A stretch of DNA of 64,000 nt from Spirochaetia bacterium (GCA_963662795.1 OY759746.1:1088001-1152000), one strand, 5' to 3'; positions 28,436-38,492 are shown, counted from the first letter of the stretch. Notes: generated by a model from the letters alone, not told the origin. Program-made: numbers and translations.

Positions 28436-30829
28436 ATGAATACATATAAAAAACTTGATGCCAAAGAACTCGAATACAGTACAAAACTGGAAGAAATAGC
28501 CTCACTCAGAAAAACACCGGTAAAAACCTTTATGGCGGGCCAGAAAAGGGCAACAGATGCGCTGATGTTCGGAACCAGGCTTAGAAAAACAGGCTACAAT
28601 ATATTTGTTACAGGGAACACCGGGACAGGGCGCCACACAGCTATCCGTAAAATACTTGAAAATTTCAGGAATGACATTCCGCTGAAGGATATTGTCTGTG
28701 TCTTCAATTTTACAAATCCTGAAAACCCGGGAATACTTTATCTTCCACGTGGAAAAGCCGCAGGCTTTAAAGGCAGTCTTGCAAACCTTATAACCGCTGT
28801 AAAAAAAAGAATAAGAAGCAGAATTGAAAGCGACAGCTTTAAAAAACAGAAAAATACAATAATCAAATCCTGTGAAGATATTGAAAAAGACCTTCTTTTA
28901 AAGTTTGAAACAAGCCTTAAGGAGGGGGGATTTCTTCTTGTAAGCTCAACAACAGAAGATAATGAAATGATTTCAGATATCATGCCTGCCGTCGATGGTA
29001 AACCCATAGATTTTGAGGAACTCCAGAAAATGGCAGACAACGGACAGCTTTCAGAAGAGGACCATGAAAAAATAAGAAGCGATTATTTCAAACACCTTGA
29101 TGCTCTGCAGGAGCTGCTTAGAAAACTTCAGCACAATAAGATTGAAATGGAAGACAAGCTGCTTGAAACAGAGAAGAAATTTGTTGAACCGGTAATAAGA
29201 TCGGAAATTGACTATCTTATCTCGGATTACATGCAGAATGATGTAAAGAAATATCTCTCCGAGCTTAAAAAAGATATTCTTGAGCGACTTTATTTGTTTA
29301 TTGATGAAGAGGAAGATACGGAAAGTGATGAAATAGAAGAAGCCGACCTGGACGAGGAACAGAGATACCAGGTAAACATTCTTGTTGACAACTCAAAAGT
29401 AAAACAGGCGCCGGTAATATTTGAATCGTACCCCACATCGTCAAATCTTTTCGGAACTGTCGAAAACAGGGTTGAATACAATATTGAATTAAAAAGCAGT
29501 TTCATGATGGTCAAGGCAGGCTCATTAATAAAAGCTACAGGCGGATTTCTTGTTCTGAATGCAGAAGACCTGTTTCAGGAGGAAACTACATGGGACCATC
29601 TTAAAAGGGCGCTTAAAAGCGGAGAGGTACAGATTCAGCAGCCGATTTCACCGTTCAATCCGTCAGGCGGTTTTCTTAAACCTGAACCTGTTAAAATTGA
29701 TACCAAAATAATAATAATTGGAAACGAAAGCATTTATGATGTTCTTTATAACAGCGATGAGGAATTTGAAAAATTCTTTAAGGTTACTGCAGAATTTGAC
29801 TCGGAAATGGAAATAAATAACGAAAATACGCTTCAGTATATTGGTTTTATAGAAGAGCAGATAAAGAAAAAGAAAATGAAATCAATAACAGACAACGGCA
29901 TACAGGCAATCCTTGATTACGGCATCCGGCTGACTGAACACAGAAAAAAATATTCGACAAAATTCTCAAAAATTCTGGATCTGCTGGTTGAGTCTGACTA
30001 CTGGGCCGACGAATTCGCACATGAAGTTATTGACAGGCCGGATGTGGAAACAGCAATCACTAAACGGAACAGCATGAACAGCCTTCAGGAAGAAAAGCTC
30101 ACATCAATGATGGAAGAAGGGACAATAAAAATCTGCGCTGAAGGTAAAAAAACCGGGGTAGTGAACGGACTTGCGGTTTATGACAGGGGGTTCTATACAT
30201 TTGGAAGACCGTTTCTCGTATCAGCAACAGTCGCGCCCGGAGATGAAGGGATAATCAATATTGAAAGGGAAGCAGGACTCTCAGGTGAGATATATAACAA
30301 GGCGGTAATGATAATCGAAGGATTTGTCCGTTCCTGTTACGGAAAAAACTTTCCCGTTTCAATGTTTGCAAGCATCTGCTTCGAGCAGTCATACGGGGAA
30401 ATAGAGGGAGATTCAGCGTCTTCGACAGAGATTTATGCGCTTTTGTCTGCAATAACAGAAATCCCCATAAGACAGGACATAGCTGTTACCGGGTCTGTAA
30501 ACCAGTTCGGACAGATACAGCCGATAGGCGGTGTAAACGAAAAAATTGAGGGGTTTTACTCAATATGCGAAAAATTCGGCCTTACAGGGACGCAGGGGGT
30601 AATTATCCCGCAGTCCAACGTCAAAAACCTGGTTCTTGGAAAGACAGTAAAGAATGCGGTAAGAGATGGCAGATTTTCAATCTATCCGATAAGCCATATA
30701 AATGAGGGGCTAAGTATCCTGTCCGGAATTGATGCGGGAGAAACCGATGAGAAAGGAGCATTTCCAGCCCGTTCTTTCAATAAAATTGTTGAGAAAAAAC
30801 TGAAGGAATTATCAAGGAAAAGCAAATAA
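28436..30829 (+). CDS. Lon-like (LonC/LonB-type, S16) protease
   Basis: GQKRA, AGSLIKATGGFLVL, catalytic GDSAS Ser and NEKIEGF Lys, AVTGSVNQFG. Confidence 0.92.
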   Translation: MNTYKKLDAKELEYSTKLEEIASLRKTPVKTFMAGQKRATDALMFGTRLRKTGYNIFVTGNTGTGRHTAIRKILENFRNDIPLKDIVCVFNFTNPENPGILYLPRGKAAGFKGSLANLITAVKKRIRSRIESDSFKKQKNTIIKSCEDIEKDLLLKFETSLKEGGFLLVSSTTEDNEMISDIMPAVDGKPIDFEELQKMADNGQLSEEDHEKIRSDYFKHLDALQELLRKLQHNKIEMEDKLLETEKKFVEPVIRSEIDYLISDYMQNDVKKYLSELKKDILERLYLFIDEEEDTESDEIEEADLDEEQRYQVNILVDNSKVKQAPVIFESYPTSSNLFGTVENRVEYNIELKSSFMMVKAGSLIKATGGFLVLNAEDLFQEETTWDHLKRALKSGEVQIQQPISPFNPSGGFLKPEPVKIDTKIIIIGNESIYDVLYNSDEEFEKFFKVTAEFDSEMEINNENTLQYIGFIEEQIKKKKMKSITDNGIQAILDYGIRLTEHRKKYSTKFSKILDLLVESDYWADEFAHEVIDRPDVETAITKRNSMNSLQEEKLTSMMEEGTIKICAEGKKTGVVNGLAVYDRGFYTFGRPFLVSATVAPGDEGIINIEREAGLSGEIYNKAVMIIEGFVRSCYGKNFPVSMFASICFEQSYGEIEGDSASSTEIYALLSAITEIPIRQDIAVTGSVNQFGQIQPIGGVNEKIEGFYSICEKFGLTGTQGVIIPQSNVKNLVLGKTVKNAVRDGRFSIYPISHINEGLSILSGIDAGETDEKGAFPARSFNKIVEKKLKELSRKSK

Positions 30830-30926
30830 CCTCTGGTTAACGGCAGACAGTTACAGGCATTTAAAGTAATAAATTTAAATTTATGATGCAATAAAATGCC
30901 TTACCGTTATAAGTTGTGACATTTTA

Positions 30927-30956
30927 TTGACAGATGGAAAAGTTAAAGACTATACT
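30927..30956 (+). promoter_or_regulatory. sigma70 promoter of the HDOD gene
   Basis: TTGACA-N18-TATACT. Confidence 0.6.
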
Positions 30957-31043
30957 CAAATATAAATTAAAAATCGGTTATAAAGTGATTGCTTCCTTAA
31001 AAGTTTGAGGGGACCTTAATTCAGCAATCCAGGCGGGAGAAAA

Positions 31044-32531
31044 ATGCCAGTTAATATTGATGTTCCTAAAATTCAAAAAGCTGTCCGGAATTCTTTACCT
31101 TTGGCAATCAAAACACACAAAATAAACCACGAAACTGAAGAATATCTTGAACAGATTCTTGATGTATTTCTTGCTGAATTCGGGCAGAAAGAACTTCTGC
31201 CGCAGATATCCTACTGCATGAGGGAACTGGCGGTAAACGCAAACAAGGCAAATACCAAAAGAGTCTACTTTATGGAAAAAGATCTGGATATCGATAATGA
31301 AGATGATTACAGGGAAGGGATGAATTCATTCAAAGAGGTAACTCTTGATAATATTGAACATTATCTTGAAAAGCAGAAGGAAAAAGGGCTCTATATAAAA
31401 ATTATTTTTCATGCATCTCAGGGAGAACTTACTCTTTCCATACGCAATAATGTAAAAATATCGAAAAAAGAACAGATGAGGGTCTATGACAGGATCGCCC
31501 GGTCAAGGGGCTTCACATCGCTTGAGGAAGCAATGTCTGCTGTACTGGACAGCTCCGAAGGGGCCGGCCTCGGACTTGTAATACTTGTCCTTATGCTTAA
31601 AAAACTGGGTCTTGATGAAGAAGCTTTTGATCTGGATGTTGAGGGGGAAGAAACTGTTTCAAAGCTGATTATTCCATTCTCCGAAGTGCACAAGGAAAAT
31701 CTCCATATTCTTTCAAGGGAAATAGTAAAAGAAATCAATCAGCTTCCGCAGTTCCCTGAAAATATAGTACAGCTGCAGAAAATGATTGACGATCCGGAAT
31801 CAGAAATAACAGATATATCAAAGCATATTGCAATGGATATAAGCCTTACAGCGGATTTGTTAAAAATTGTTAACTCGGCCCAGTATATGCTTCCCAAAAA
31901 AGTAGATAACATTACGGAAGCGGTAAAACTTGTGGGTCTCCGCGGCCTTAAAAACCTTCTTTATTCCTATGGAACACAAAAAATCTTAAAATCAGGATTA
32001 AAGGAACACTGGGAACACGCAAACCGGGTGGCTTTTTACGCATATGTTCTTGCCAAAAATTACATAAGAAAAAAGGAAATACTTGATGATGTTTATATCG
32101 GCGGAATTCTCCACGACATAGGTAAAATCATATTCTTCAATGCACACCCGACAATGCTTGATAAAATAGCAGACCTCTGCAAAAAAAGAGGAATGGGCAG
32201 AAATTTACTTGAGGATCTCTCAGCAGGGCTTAACCACGCTGAAATAGGGGCTCTGATCGCCGAAAAATGGAACTTCCCTGAAGAACTTATTGATTCAATC
32301 AAATACCACCATGAGCCTGAAGCAGCTCCTGCTGACAGGCAGGAAATTGTTGAAACAATCTATTTTGCCAATTCAATTGCGAATTATGAAGAAAAGGGAA
32401 TCGTCTTTGAACAGATTTCGCATAACATACTTAAAAAGTTCGGAATTACAACAGAAGAACAGCTGAACATAATACTGAGCAAGCTTGCAGAAGCGTTTGA
32501 CAGGGAAAATTCAGGGGAGAGACAGAGATAA
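31044..32531 (+). CDS. HATPase-like domain fused to HDOD domain
   Basis: RELAVNANKAN and GAGLGL in N-half; LPQFP...LLKIVNSA...GILHDIGK...HAEIGA...WNFP...YHH in C-half. Confidence 0.85.
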   Translation: MPVNIDVPKIQKAVRNSLPLAIKTHKINHETEEYLEQILDVFLAEFGQKELLPQISYCMRELAVNANKANTKRVYFMEKDLDIDNEDDYREGMNSFKEVTLDNIEHYLEKQKEKGLYIKIIFHASQGELTLSIRNNVKISKKEQMRVYDRIARSRGFTSLEEAMSAVLDSSEGAGLGLVILVLMLKKLGLDEEAFDLDVEGEETVSKLIIPFSEVHKENLHILSREIVKEINQLPQFPENIVQLQKMIDDPESEITDISKHIAMDISLTADLLKIVNSAQYMLPKKVDNITEAVKLVGLRGLKNLLYSYGTQKILKSGLKEHWEHANRVAFYAYVLAKNYIRKKEILDDVYIGGILHDIGKIIFFNAHPTMLDKIADLCKKRGMGRNLLEDLSAGLNHAEIGALIAEKWNFPEELIDSIKYHHEPEAAPADRQEIVETIYFANSIANYEEKGIVFEQISHNILKKFGITTEEQLNIILSKLAEAFDRENSGERQR

Positions 32532-32537
32532 ATGCTG

Positions 32538-33323
32538 TCAGAAATTCCTGATGCTGTTAACCCAGCAGTAAGCAAGTATTCCAAACGCAACTCCTGCGTT
32601 AATTGAACCTTTTAATCCGTATTGAGGTATTGTTACAATTCCCCCGTCAGCTTCTGCAGCTGCAAGAGCAGCGGGGCTGACTCCTGTTTCTTCACTGCCT
32701 ATTATTACTGTCCCTTTGTCAGGGAATTCAAAAGATTCTATAAGCGTTCCTCCTGTTTCAAGGGCAAAAACCGGTCCCGGCAGTACTTCAGGATTTCCCC
32801 TGCTCCAGTTTACTGAACCGGTTGTTCCCATTGAACTTCTTTTTACACGGGGATGAACGGGTGACGGGCTCATAGCAGAAATGAAAATATTTTCAAAGCA
32901 GAACGATTCTGCAGTCCTGAAAATTGACCCGACATTAAAAGGGGACCTTAAGCTGTCAATATAGATATTGATCGGCAATACCTTCCTCACATGTTTACTG
33001 CTTTTGTCAAAAGAAAAGCGGTGCAAATCCCATTCCGCAGGTTCTTTGCCGATTTCCGCAAGGAGAATATGCCGGAGAGTTTCAAGCTGATGCAGATCTT
33101 CCTTTTCAAGATATTCCGGCAGTTCTCCGGTCAGGGTATCAAAAATCTCCTTTCTCTCTGCAGTGATATAACCTGAGAGCAAAGCTGATATCTGTTTTAT
33201 ATATGATGAACTGACTCTGCCTCCTTTATAGATTTCATTTTCCGCAGAAAGAAAGATAATGGCGCATTTTTCAGCCCGTTTATCAGGAGATAATTTTTCA
33301 AGTTTTTTTATTGCGAAAAACAT
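32538..33323 (-). CDS. TrmH/SpoU family RNA 2'-O-methyltransferase
   Basis: RSPFNVGSIFRTA, IGSEETGV, IPQYG...SINAGVA. Confidence 0.9.
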   Translation of the reverse strand: MFFAIKKLEKLSPDKRAEKCAIIFLSAENEIYKGGRVSSSYIKQISALLSGYITAERKEIFDTLTGELPEYLEKEDLHQLETLRHILLAEIGKEPAEWDLHRFSFDKSSKHVRKVLPINIYIDSLRSPFNVGSIFRTAESFCFENIFISAMSPSPVHPRVKRSSMGTTGSVNWSRGNPEVLPGPVFALETGGTLIESFEFPDKGTVIIGSEETGVSPAALAAAEADGGIVTIPQYGLKGSINAGVAFGILAYCWVNSIRNF

Positions 33324-33328
33324 CGGAT

Positions 33329-34453
33329 TTAAAGCGCGCCCCTCAGAATTGAGGCAATTTTTTCATCAGTAATATTAAGAGCTGTTTTTACAAATTCAGG
33401 ATATGCGCCTGATAATACAGCTGCAGAGTTTACAGCCTCTTTTCTGATCCCTGTTTCAGTAAGTCTTATCGGAAGGTTTTTCTTTTTTATCATTTTTCTG
33501 ATATCATTTACAAAATATTCACCATCAGTGTCCTCTTCCTTTACCTCACTCACACTGTTTGCGCAGCAGCCGAGAACAGTTTTGGCAATATCTTCGGATT
33601 CTGAAAAATAATATTCAAAAAAATGGGGCAGAAGTATTGTTGAGAGAAATGATGCCGGAACACCCGTAAGACTGTTAAGCACACGGACAAGATAGTAGAT
33701 GCTGCCCGGGCCGAGCAGTGAATAAGCATAATCAATGCATAAAGCTATATCTGAAAGCTCATCAACAGAAAATTCTTTTCCGATTAAAAGCTTTTTCAGT
33801 GAAGATAAAAGAAGACTGTCTGTAAAGAAGTGTCTTTCCCTGAAGCATAACGCCTCAGCAGCGGTAAAGATTATTTCAAACACAATTGAAGAAAGAGAGC
33901 TTTCAGGAATTGAGTCATAAATTGAAGCATCCTTGATTATCAGGGACGGAAAACGCCCTGTATCAACTATTTTTATACCCCTGTTTCTGCTGTCTGCAAC
34001 GGCAGAAAGCTGTGTAAACATTATGGGATTTCTGATCGAGGAGGGAATTTCAATATAATCCAGTGAGATCCGGTTTCCGGGCTTTTTTAAATTGTCAAGA
34101 ATATCATCACACTCAAATCCGCTGTCTGCCGATGCAGCAGCCAGTCTTGCGATATTCAGGGTACGCTGCCCTCCCAAACCGATAACGCATTGAATATATC
34201 CTTTCCTGATAAAATCAGAGAGAATTTCCGCATCCCTTGAAGCTGCCCGTTTATTTATGTCTGTATATAAGACACAATCAATCCCTTTTTTATTCAGCAT
34301 TGCCGAAATCCCGGAAGCTGCGCTGTCCGTAATGTAAGGATCCCTTACCAGGACAGCCCGCCTGCAGCCTGGTTTTAGATATGCCGGGAGTCTGTCAATT
34401 TTTCCCCTTCCGCATAAGATCCGGCTTTTTATATCAATTTTCAGTTCCTGCAT
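33329..34453 (-). CDS. Iron-containing alcohol dehydrogenase-fold protein, divergent
   Basis: Overall pattern (ILCGRG, VIGLGG, IEIPS, LPIRLTETGI) fits Fe-ADH, but GGGS and the metal His residues are not visible. Confidence 0.65.
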   Translation of the reverse strand: MQELKIDIKSRILCGRGKIDRLPAYLKPGCRRAVLVRDPYITDSAASGISAMLNKKGIDCVLYTDINKRAASRDAEILSDFIRKGYIQCVIGLGGQRTLNIARLAAASADSGFECDDILDNLKKPGNRISLDYIEIPSSIRNPIMFTQLSAVADSRNRGIKIVDTGRFPSLIIKDASIYDSIPESSLSSIVFEIIFTAAEALCFRERHFFTDSLLLSSLKKLLIGKEFSVDELSDIALCIDYAYSLLGPGSIYYLVRVLNSLTGVPASFLSTILLPHFFEYYFSESEDIAKTVLGCCANSVSEVKEEDTDGEYFVNDIRKMIKKKNLPIRLTETGIRKEAVNSAAVLSGAYPEFVKTALNITDEKIASILRGAL

Positions 34454-34489
34454 AAAAGTTCTCTCCAGACACTATTAAATTGCATAATT

Positions 34490-34526
34490 AAAAAAAAAGC
34501 AGAGAAATGATATTTCATTCTCTGCT
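34490..34526 (-). terminator. Intrinsic terminator after flgM
   Basis: agcagagaaatga/tcattctctgct stem followed by a T-run on the minus strand. Confidence 0.7.
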
Positions 34527-34551
34527 GTAATCAAACTGTTTAATATTACTC

Positions 34552-34836
34552 TTAAATTTCAAACATATCAATAATTTTATCTGCAACAGAATTTATTACT
34601 GCGTCATTAATATAGTCGGGATCGCTCATTTTTCTTCTTACTTCTTCAACCCTGTCCATTCTTATATCAGGAGACTGTTTTACAGCTTCCGCTGCCTTTA
34701 AAAGCTCTCCCATAACCCTGGCTTCCGACGATACGCTTATTGAGTCATTTTCTGTCTTATTAGACGATTTAACGGGTTTTTCCGGTTTATTGTAATTCTG
34801 TACAGGATTTATCGATCCAAGCTTATCAATCGTCAT
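34552..34836 (-). CDS. flgM: Anti-sigma28 factor FlgM
   Basis: 94 aa; DSISVSSEA, PDIRMDRVEEVR, VADKII; sigma28 promoter upstream. Confidence 0.88.
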   Translation of the reverse strand: MTIDKLGSINPVQNYNKPEKPVKSSNKTENDSISVSSEARVMGELLKAAEAVKQSPDIRMDRVEEVRRKMSDPDYINDAVINSVADKIIDMFEI

Positions 34837-34858
34837 ATTTACCTTCCTTACATTAGGT

Positions 34859-34886
34859 ATATCGACATTCTTTACCTTGAAATTTA
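34859..34886 (-). promoter_or_regulatory. sigma28 promoter of flgM
   Basis: TAAA-N16-GTCGATAT; the TAAA overlaps the rsmI stop codon. Confidence 0.7.
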
Positions 34887-35564
34887 ATCATATTTTTTTT
34901 CACATACCATGATAGAGAACTCACCTTGAATTTTACTTCTTCCGGCCAGAATGTCAATGATATCTACAGCTGTTCCGCTTAAAATTTCCTCAAACTTCTT
35001 GGTAAGCTCCCTGCCGGCGATAATTTTTCTCTCCGGGGCAAGTTCTTTCAGGTCTTCAAGAAGCTTAAGCACCCGGTAGGGGGATTCATACACGACAAAA
35101 CTTTCATCCCTTTCAAGAAGCTCAGCAAGCCTTCCCCGTCTCTTCCCCTTCTTCGGAGACAGGAACCCGTCAAAAGTAATTCCCCTCCCCGCTGCCCCGC
35201 TTATGCTTACAAGCGCAGTAAATGCCGATACTCCCGGGATAGGGACAATATCAAACCCTTTTTCCCTGCACCTGCGGACAAGGGCCCCGCCGGGGTCGCT
35301 AATTCCCGGAGTACCTGCGTCGCTTACATAGGCTACATTTTCACCACTCTCAAGATGAGAAAGTATCTTACTGACTCCTTTTTCCTCATCAGCCGCGTAA
35401 TAGCTTATAAGGGGTTTTTTTATCTCATATCTGTTTAAAAGCACCCTTGTGTGTCTTGTATCTTCACATGCAATTACATCTGCGTTTTTAAGGGTTTCAA
35501 CCGCGCGGAATGTAATGTCATCAAGATTGCCGATAGGAGTTGCGACAATAAAAAGTGTTCCCAT
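34884..35564 (-). CDS. rsmI: 16S rRNA (C1402 2'-O) methyltransferase
   Basis: VATPIGNLDDIT, ACEDTR, VSDAGTPGISDPG, YESPYR, RELTKKFEE. Confidence 0.96.
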   Translation of the reverse strand: MGTLFIVATPIGNLDDITFRAVETLKNADVIACEDTRHTRVLLNRYEIKKPLISYYAADEEKGVSKILSHLESGENVAYVSDAGTPGISDPGGALVRRCREKGFDIVPIPGVSAFTALVSISGAAGRGITFDGFLSPKKGKRRGRLAELLERDESFVVYESPYRVLKLLEDLKELAPERKIIAGRELTKKFEEILSGTAVDIIDILAGRSKIQGEFSIMVCEKKYD

Positions 35565-35632
35565 AAAAATACTCTAATATTTTATATGATTTACAGCAAC
35601 TCTATTTTATGGATAATGTAACTGAGAACAAA

Positions 35633-36040
35633 ATGGAATATATAGTAATTGCTTTTTTACTTATTCTTATAATAGTACTGGCAGGAATAAAGCTCGGTTC
35701 CGCCGGTAATAATGCTCCTGATAATGCAGGAAAGCCCTCTTTAGAGGATAAACCCTCCGGAGAAGAAAAACCATCAAAGTTTTGCCCCATCTGCGGCTCT
35801 GCGCTTAAAAAGGGAGAAACAGTAAAATCAAAGGTATATCCTGGGCGAGGAGTGGACAGCCTGATGGATGTTTACGGCTGTCCCAGATGTATTCCGCCGG
35901 AAGGCAGGGAGAAAAGAATATGCCCTGTGTGTAAAAAAGAGCTTCCTCCTGACGGATATGTTATCGGCCGCTATTTTGTACGTCCGGGAAAGAAAAGACA
36001 TCTGCATGTACTTGGCTGCACACTCTGCAGAAAAGGATAA
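35633..36040 (+). CDS. Membrane-anchored protein with four CxxC pairs (double zinc ribbon)
   Basis: N-terminal TM; CPIC, CPRC, CPVC, CTLC. Start could be 35609. Confidence 0.72.
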   Translation: MEYIVIAFLLILIIVLAGIKLGSAGNNAPDNAGKPSLEDKPSGEEKPSKFCPICGSALKKGETVKSKVYPGRGVDSLMDVYGCPRCIPPEGREKRICPVCKKELPPDGYVIGRYFVRPGKKRHLHVLGCTLCRKG

Positions 36041-36107
36041 AAAAGGAGGGCACCCCTTATAAAGAGAAATGCCCTCTAAAACCAGCCTTGAATTCCGGAT
36101 TATAAAC

Positions 36108-37757
36108 TTATCTGGTAAGCCAGAGTATCCTGTCCGCAATATATGCTACATGTTCGTTTATCCTGTTAAAATAATTTATCAGGTCTAAATGGACAGACGA
36201 TGTTCCGATCGATTCTTTAAGCCCTTTCTGGAGTCTCTCTATATGAAGTCTTTTGAATCTTGTTTCATCAAGTTCTGCGTACTTTTCTCCGATCTTCTTT
36301 GCCGCAACCGAATCTTCATTAATAAGAGCTTCCACAAGTCTTTCTATATTTTCATTGACCTTTCCGTGAAGCTCCTTAAGTTCTTTAAGACCCTCAGCTG
36401 AAAAAGTCAGGTCCTGATCAATCATTTTTCTCGCCAGTACCATTATATTTTTATCAATCACATCCCCGATTGATTCAAGTTCATTTTCGATATACAGAAA
36501 ATTGATACTTCTCTTGGAGTCTTCTACTCCCATCTCCTTCTGGGATATTTTTGCAAGAAAGAGGATTATTGTCTTGTGGAGAAGATCAACCTTTGAGTCT
36601 GTATCACAGATTTCCCTTATTACTTTCGGGTCTTTTTTAATAAATGCAAGCTCAACCTTGCTGAACATCTCCTTGATAAGGTCCGCAACAACCAGAATTT
36701 CTTTTTTAGACATTTCAAGCGCGATTTCGACACTTCCGTCAATCAGCTGTTCATGGAGATATTTAACACTGAACGGTTTTTCACTTTCCTTCGGAGGAAC
36801 CATTTTCACAAACAAACCGACAATAAAATCAAGAAAAGGGATGATGATTATATGATTTATTATGGGCATGAATGTAAAACCTACAGCTATTTCCCTGGCC
36901 AGGCTGTCAGTATTCAACACTGTGGTTGTGAACCATTTAATCATCCATATGAAAAGACGCTCACCGTTAAAAGGAATTATCAGGAGAATATATACCCAGA
37001 TTACTCCTATTGCCTGAAAGAAAACATGTACGTAGGCAGATCTTTTTGCTTCCCAGTTAAGGGCCAGACTCCCGAGTACAGCAGTGATACATGTCCCTAC
37101 CGCAGCTCCAAGGTTTATAGGAACAGCCTGTTCAAGGGTAATTGTCCCTGCCATAGCCATCGCGATTGTAAGGCCGCTTGTCGCACCTGAAGACTGGATT
37201 ATCATTGTAAAGAAAAGACCAAGCAATATACCCAGGGCAGGTGTTTCAACCCGCATCATAAGATCCATAAAAGGCTTATATTCCCTTAACGGCTTTAAAG
37301 AGTCGGACATCATATTCATACCGAGAAAAAGAAGACCGAATCCAAAAATCGCAAGGGCTGTATTATTGCCTTTTTTGGTTTTTGCGACAAGCGATGTAAA
37401 AAAACCGCCCGCAATGATGATAGTCGCGAATTTTGATATGGAAGGGAACGCAATCAGATGGGCCAGAAATGTTGAACCAAGTTCAGATCCCAGTGTCACG
37501 GCAAGACTCTGCTGAAAAGTCATAAGCCCCGCCCCTACAAGCGCTGCCTCAAGCACTGTTGTTGCTGATGATGACTGATTTACCATTGTGACACCAAGCC
37601 CTGTCAGGTAGCCCCTGAACCTGCTTTTTGTAAGTGTCAGCATGACTGACTTCATTTTCTCGCCGGCGATTGAAGTCAGATTTTTATTCATGACTATCAT
37701 GCCGTAAAGAAAAACAGCAAGTCCTCCTATTAGAGTGAACAAATTCCAGATACTCAT
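36108..37757 (-). CDS. Na+/Pi cotransporter (NptA/YjbB family) with C-terminal PhoU-like domains
   Basis: Two QSS repeats (NQSSSATT, IQSSGATS), GAAVGTCITA, C-terminal ELESIGD and RINEH motifs. Confidence 0.92.
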   Translation of the reverse strand: MSIWNLFTLIGGLAVFLYGMIVMNKNLTSIAGEKMKSVMLTLTKSRFRGYLTGLGVTMVNQSSSATTVLEAALVGAGLMTFQQSLAVTLGSELGSTFLAHLIAFPSISKFATIIIAGGFFTSLVAKTKKGNNTALAIFGFGLLFLGMNMMSDSLKPLREYKPFMDLMMRVETPALGILLGLFFTMIIQSSGATSGLTIAMAMAGTITLEQAVPINLGAAVGTCITAVLGSLALNWEAKRSAYVHVFFQAIGVIWVYILLIIPFNGERLFIWMIKWFTTTVLNTDSLAREIAVGFTFMPIINHIIIIPFLDFIVGLFVKMVPPKESEKPFSVKYLHEQLIDGSVEIALEMSKKEILVVADLIKEMFSKVELAFIKKDPKVIREICDTDSKVDLLHKTIILFLAKISQKEMGVEDSKRSINFLYIENELESIGDVIDKNIMVLARKMIDQDLTFSAEGLKELKELHGKVNENIERLVEALINEDSVAAKKIGEKYAELDETRFKRLHIERLQKGLKESIGTSSVHLDLINYFNRINEHVAYIADRILWLTR

Positions 37758-37895
37758 TATTCTTCTCCTGTTGTATTAATTACGGAAACCCGGATTCCCG
37801 AATGTTTCACGATAAGCAAATTTCACTGATGCAAAACTCATAAATTTATATTGCATCTGAATTTTCAGTTTCTTAGGTGCTTTTAGAGCATGCAG

Positions 37896-38492
37896 CTAAA
37901 CTGCAGCACCAAGATTAATTTTTGTCAGTGAATTAAATATTCGTTCATTTATCTGGTTTAGTTTTTCAAAAAAATCCCAGTTTAATAATGAATTACGGCT
38001 GTCCTGATCCTGCCGGTTAAGTCTTAAAAACTCAACAAAGGATTTCTGCAGGTTTCTATTATCCGCAGATATTTCCTCAATAAACAATCTGCTGTCTGAA
38101 ACAGTACCCGGCAGGATCTCAGTAAAATATTTTTTTATTTTTTCAAGGATAAGGATTTCCTGTTTTAACAGTAAATCAAAAGAAATACGATTTCCGGCAA
38201 TCCTGATTTTTTCGGTAAAAATAACCATCTCAGAAAAAAGGGATTTTAATTCTGTTTCAATTGAAAAAAAATCTTTCCACCAGAAGGGAAGAATATAATC
38301 ATCCATTGAATTTACTACTGCATAAAAATATTCTGAAAACTCATTTTCATTACGTTCAAGCTCTTCAGCACTCTTGCCGGTATTCACACTGACAGCAAGC
38401 TGGATGAGCTTATTGAGAGAAGCTTCTGCTACTTCTTCAAGTTTTGCCTTTTTTCCAAATAGATTTTTTTCAAACGGTATATTGATTTTCAT
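37896..38492 (-). CDS. Helical protein, distant DUF47/PhoU-like paralog
   Basis: 198 aa, SD aggag; LFGKK..LEE N-terminus and 'YILPFWWKD' segment parallel DUF47 and the upstream ORF. Confidence 0.6.
   Translation of the reverse strand: MKINIPFEKNLFGKKAKLEEVAEASLNKLIQLAVSVNTGKSAEELERNENEFSEYFYAVVNSMDDYILPFWWKDFFSIETELKSLFSEMVIFTEKIRIAGNRISFDLLLKQEILILEKIKKYFTEILPGTVSDSRLFIEEISADNRNLQKSFVEFLRLNRQDQDSRNSLLNWDFFEKLNQINERIFNSLTKINLGAAV

Noticed and set aside
37828-37857. gatgcaa...ttgcatc inverted repeat before the Na/Pi gene
   Set aside because: Only 7-bp arms with a long loop; could be chance.
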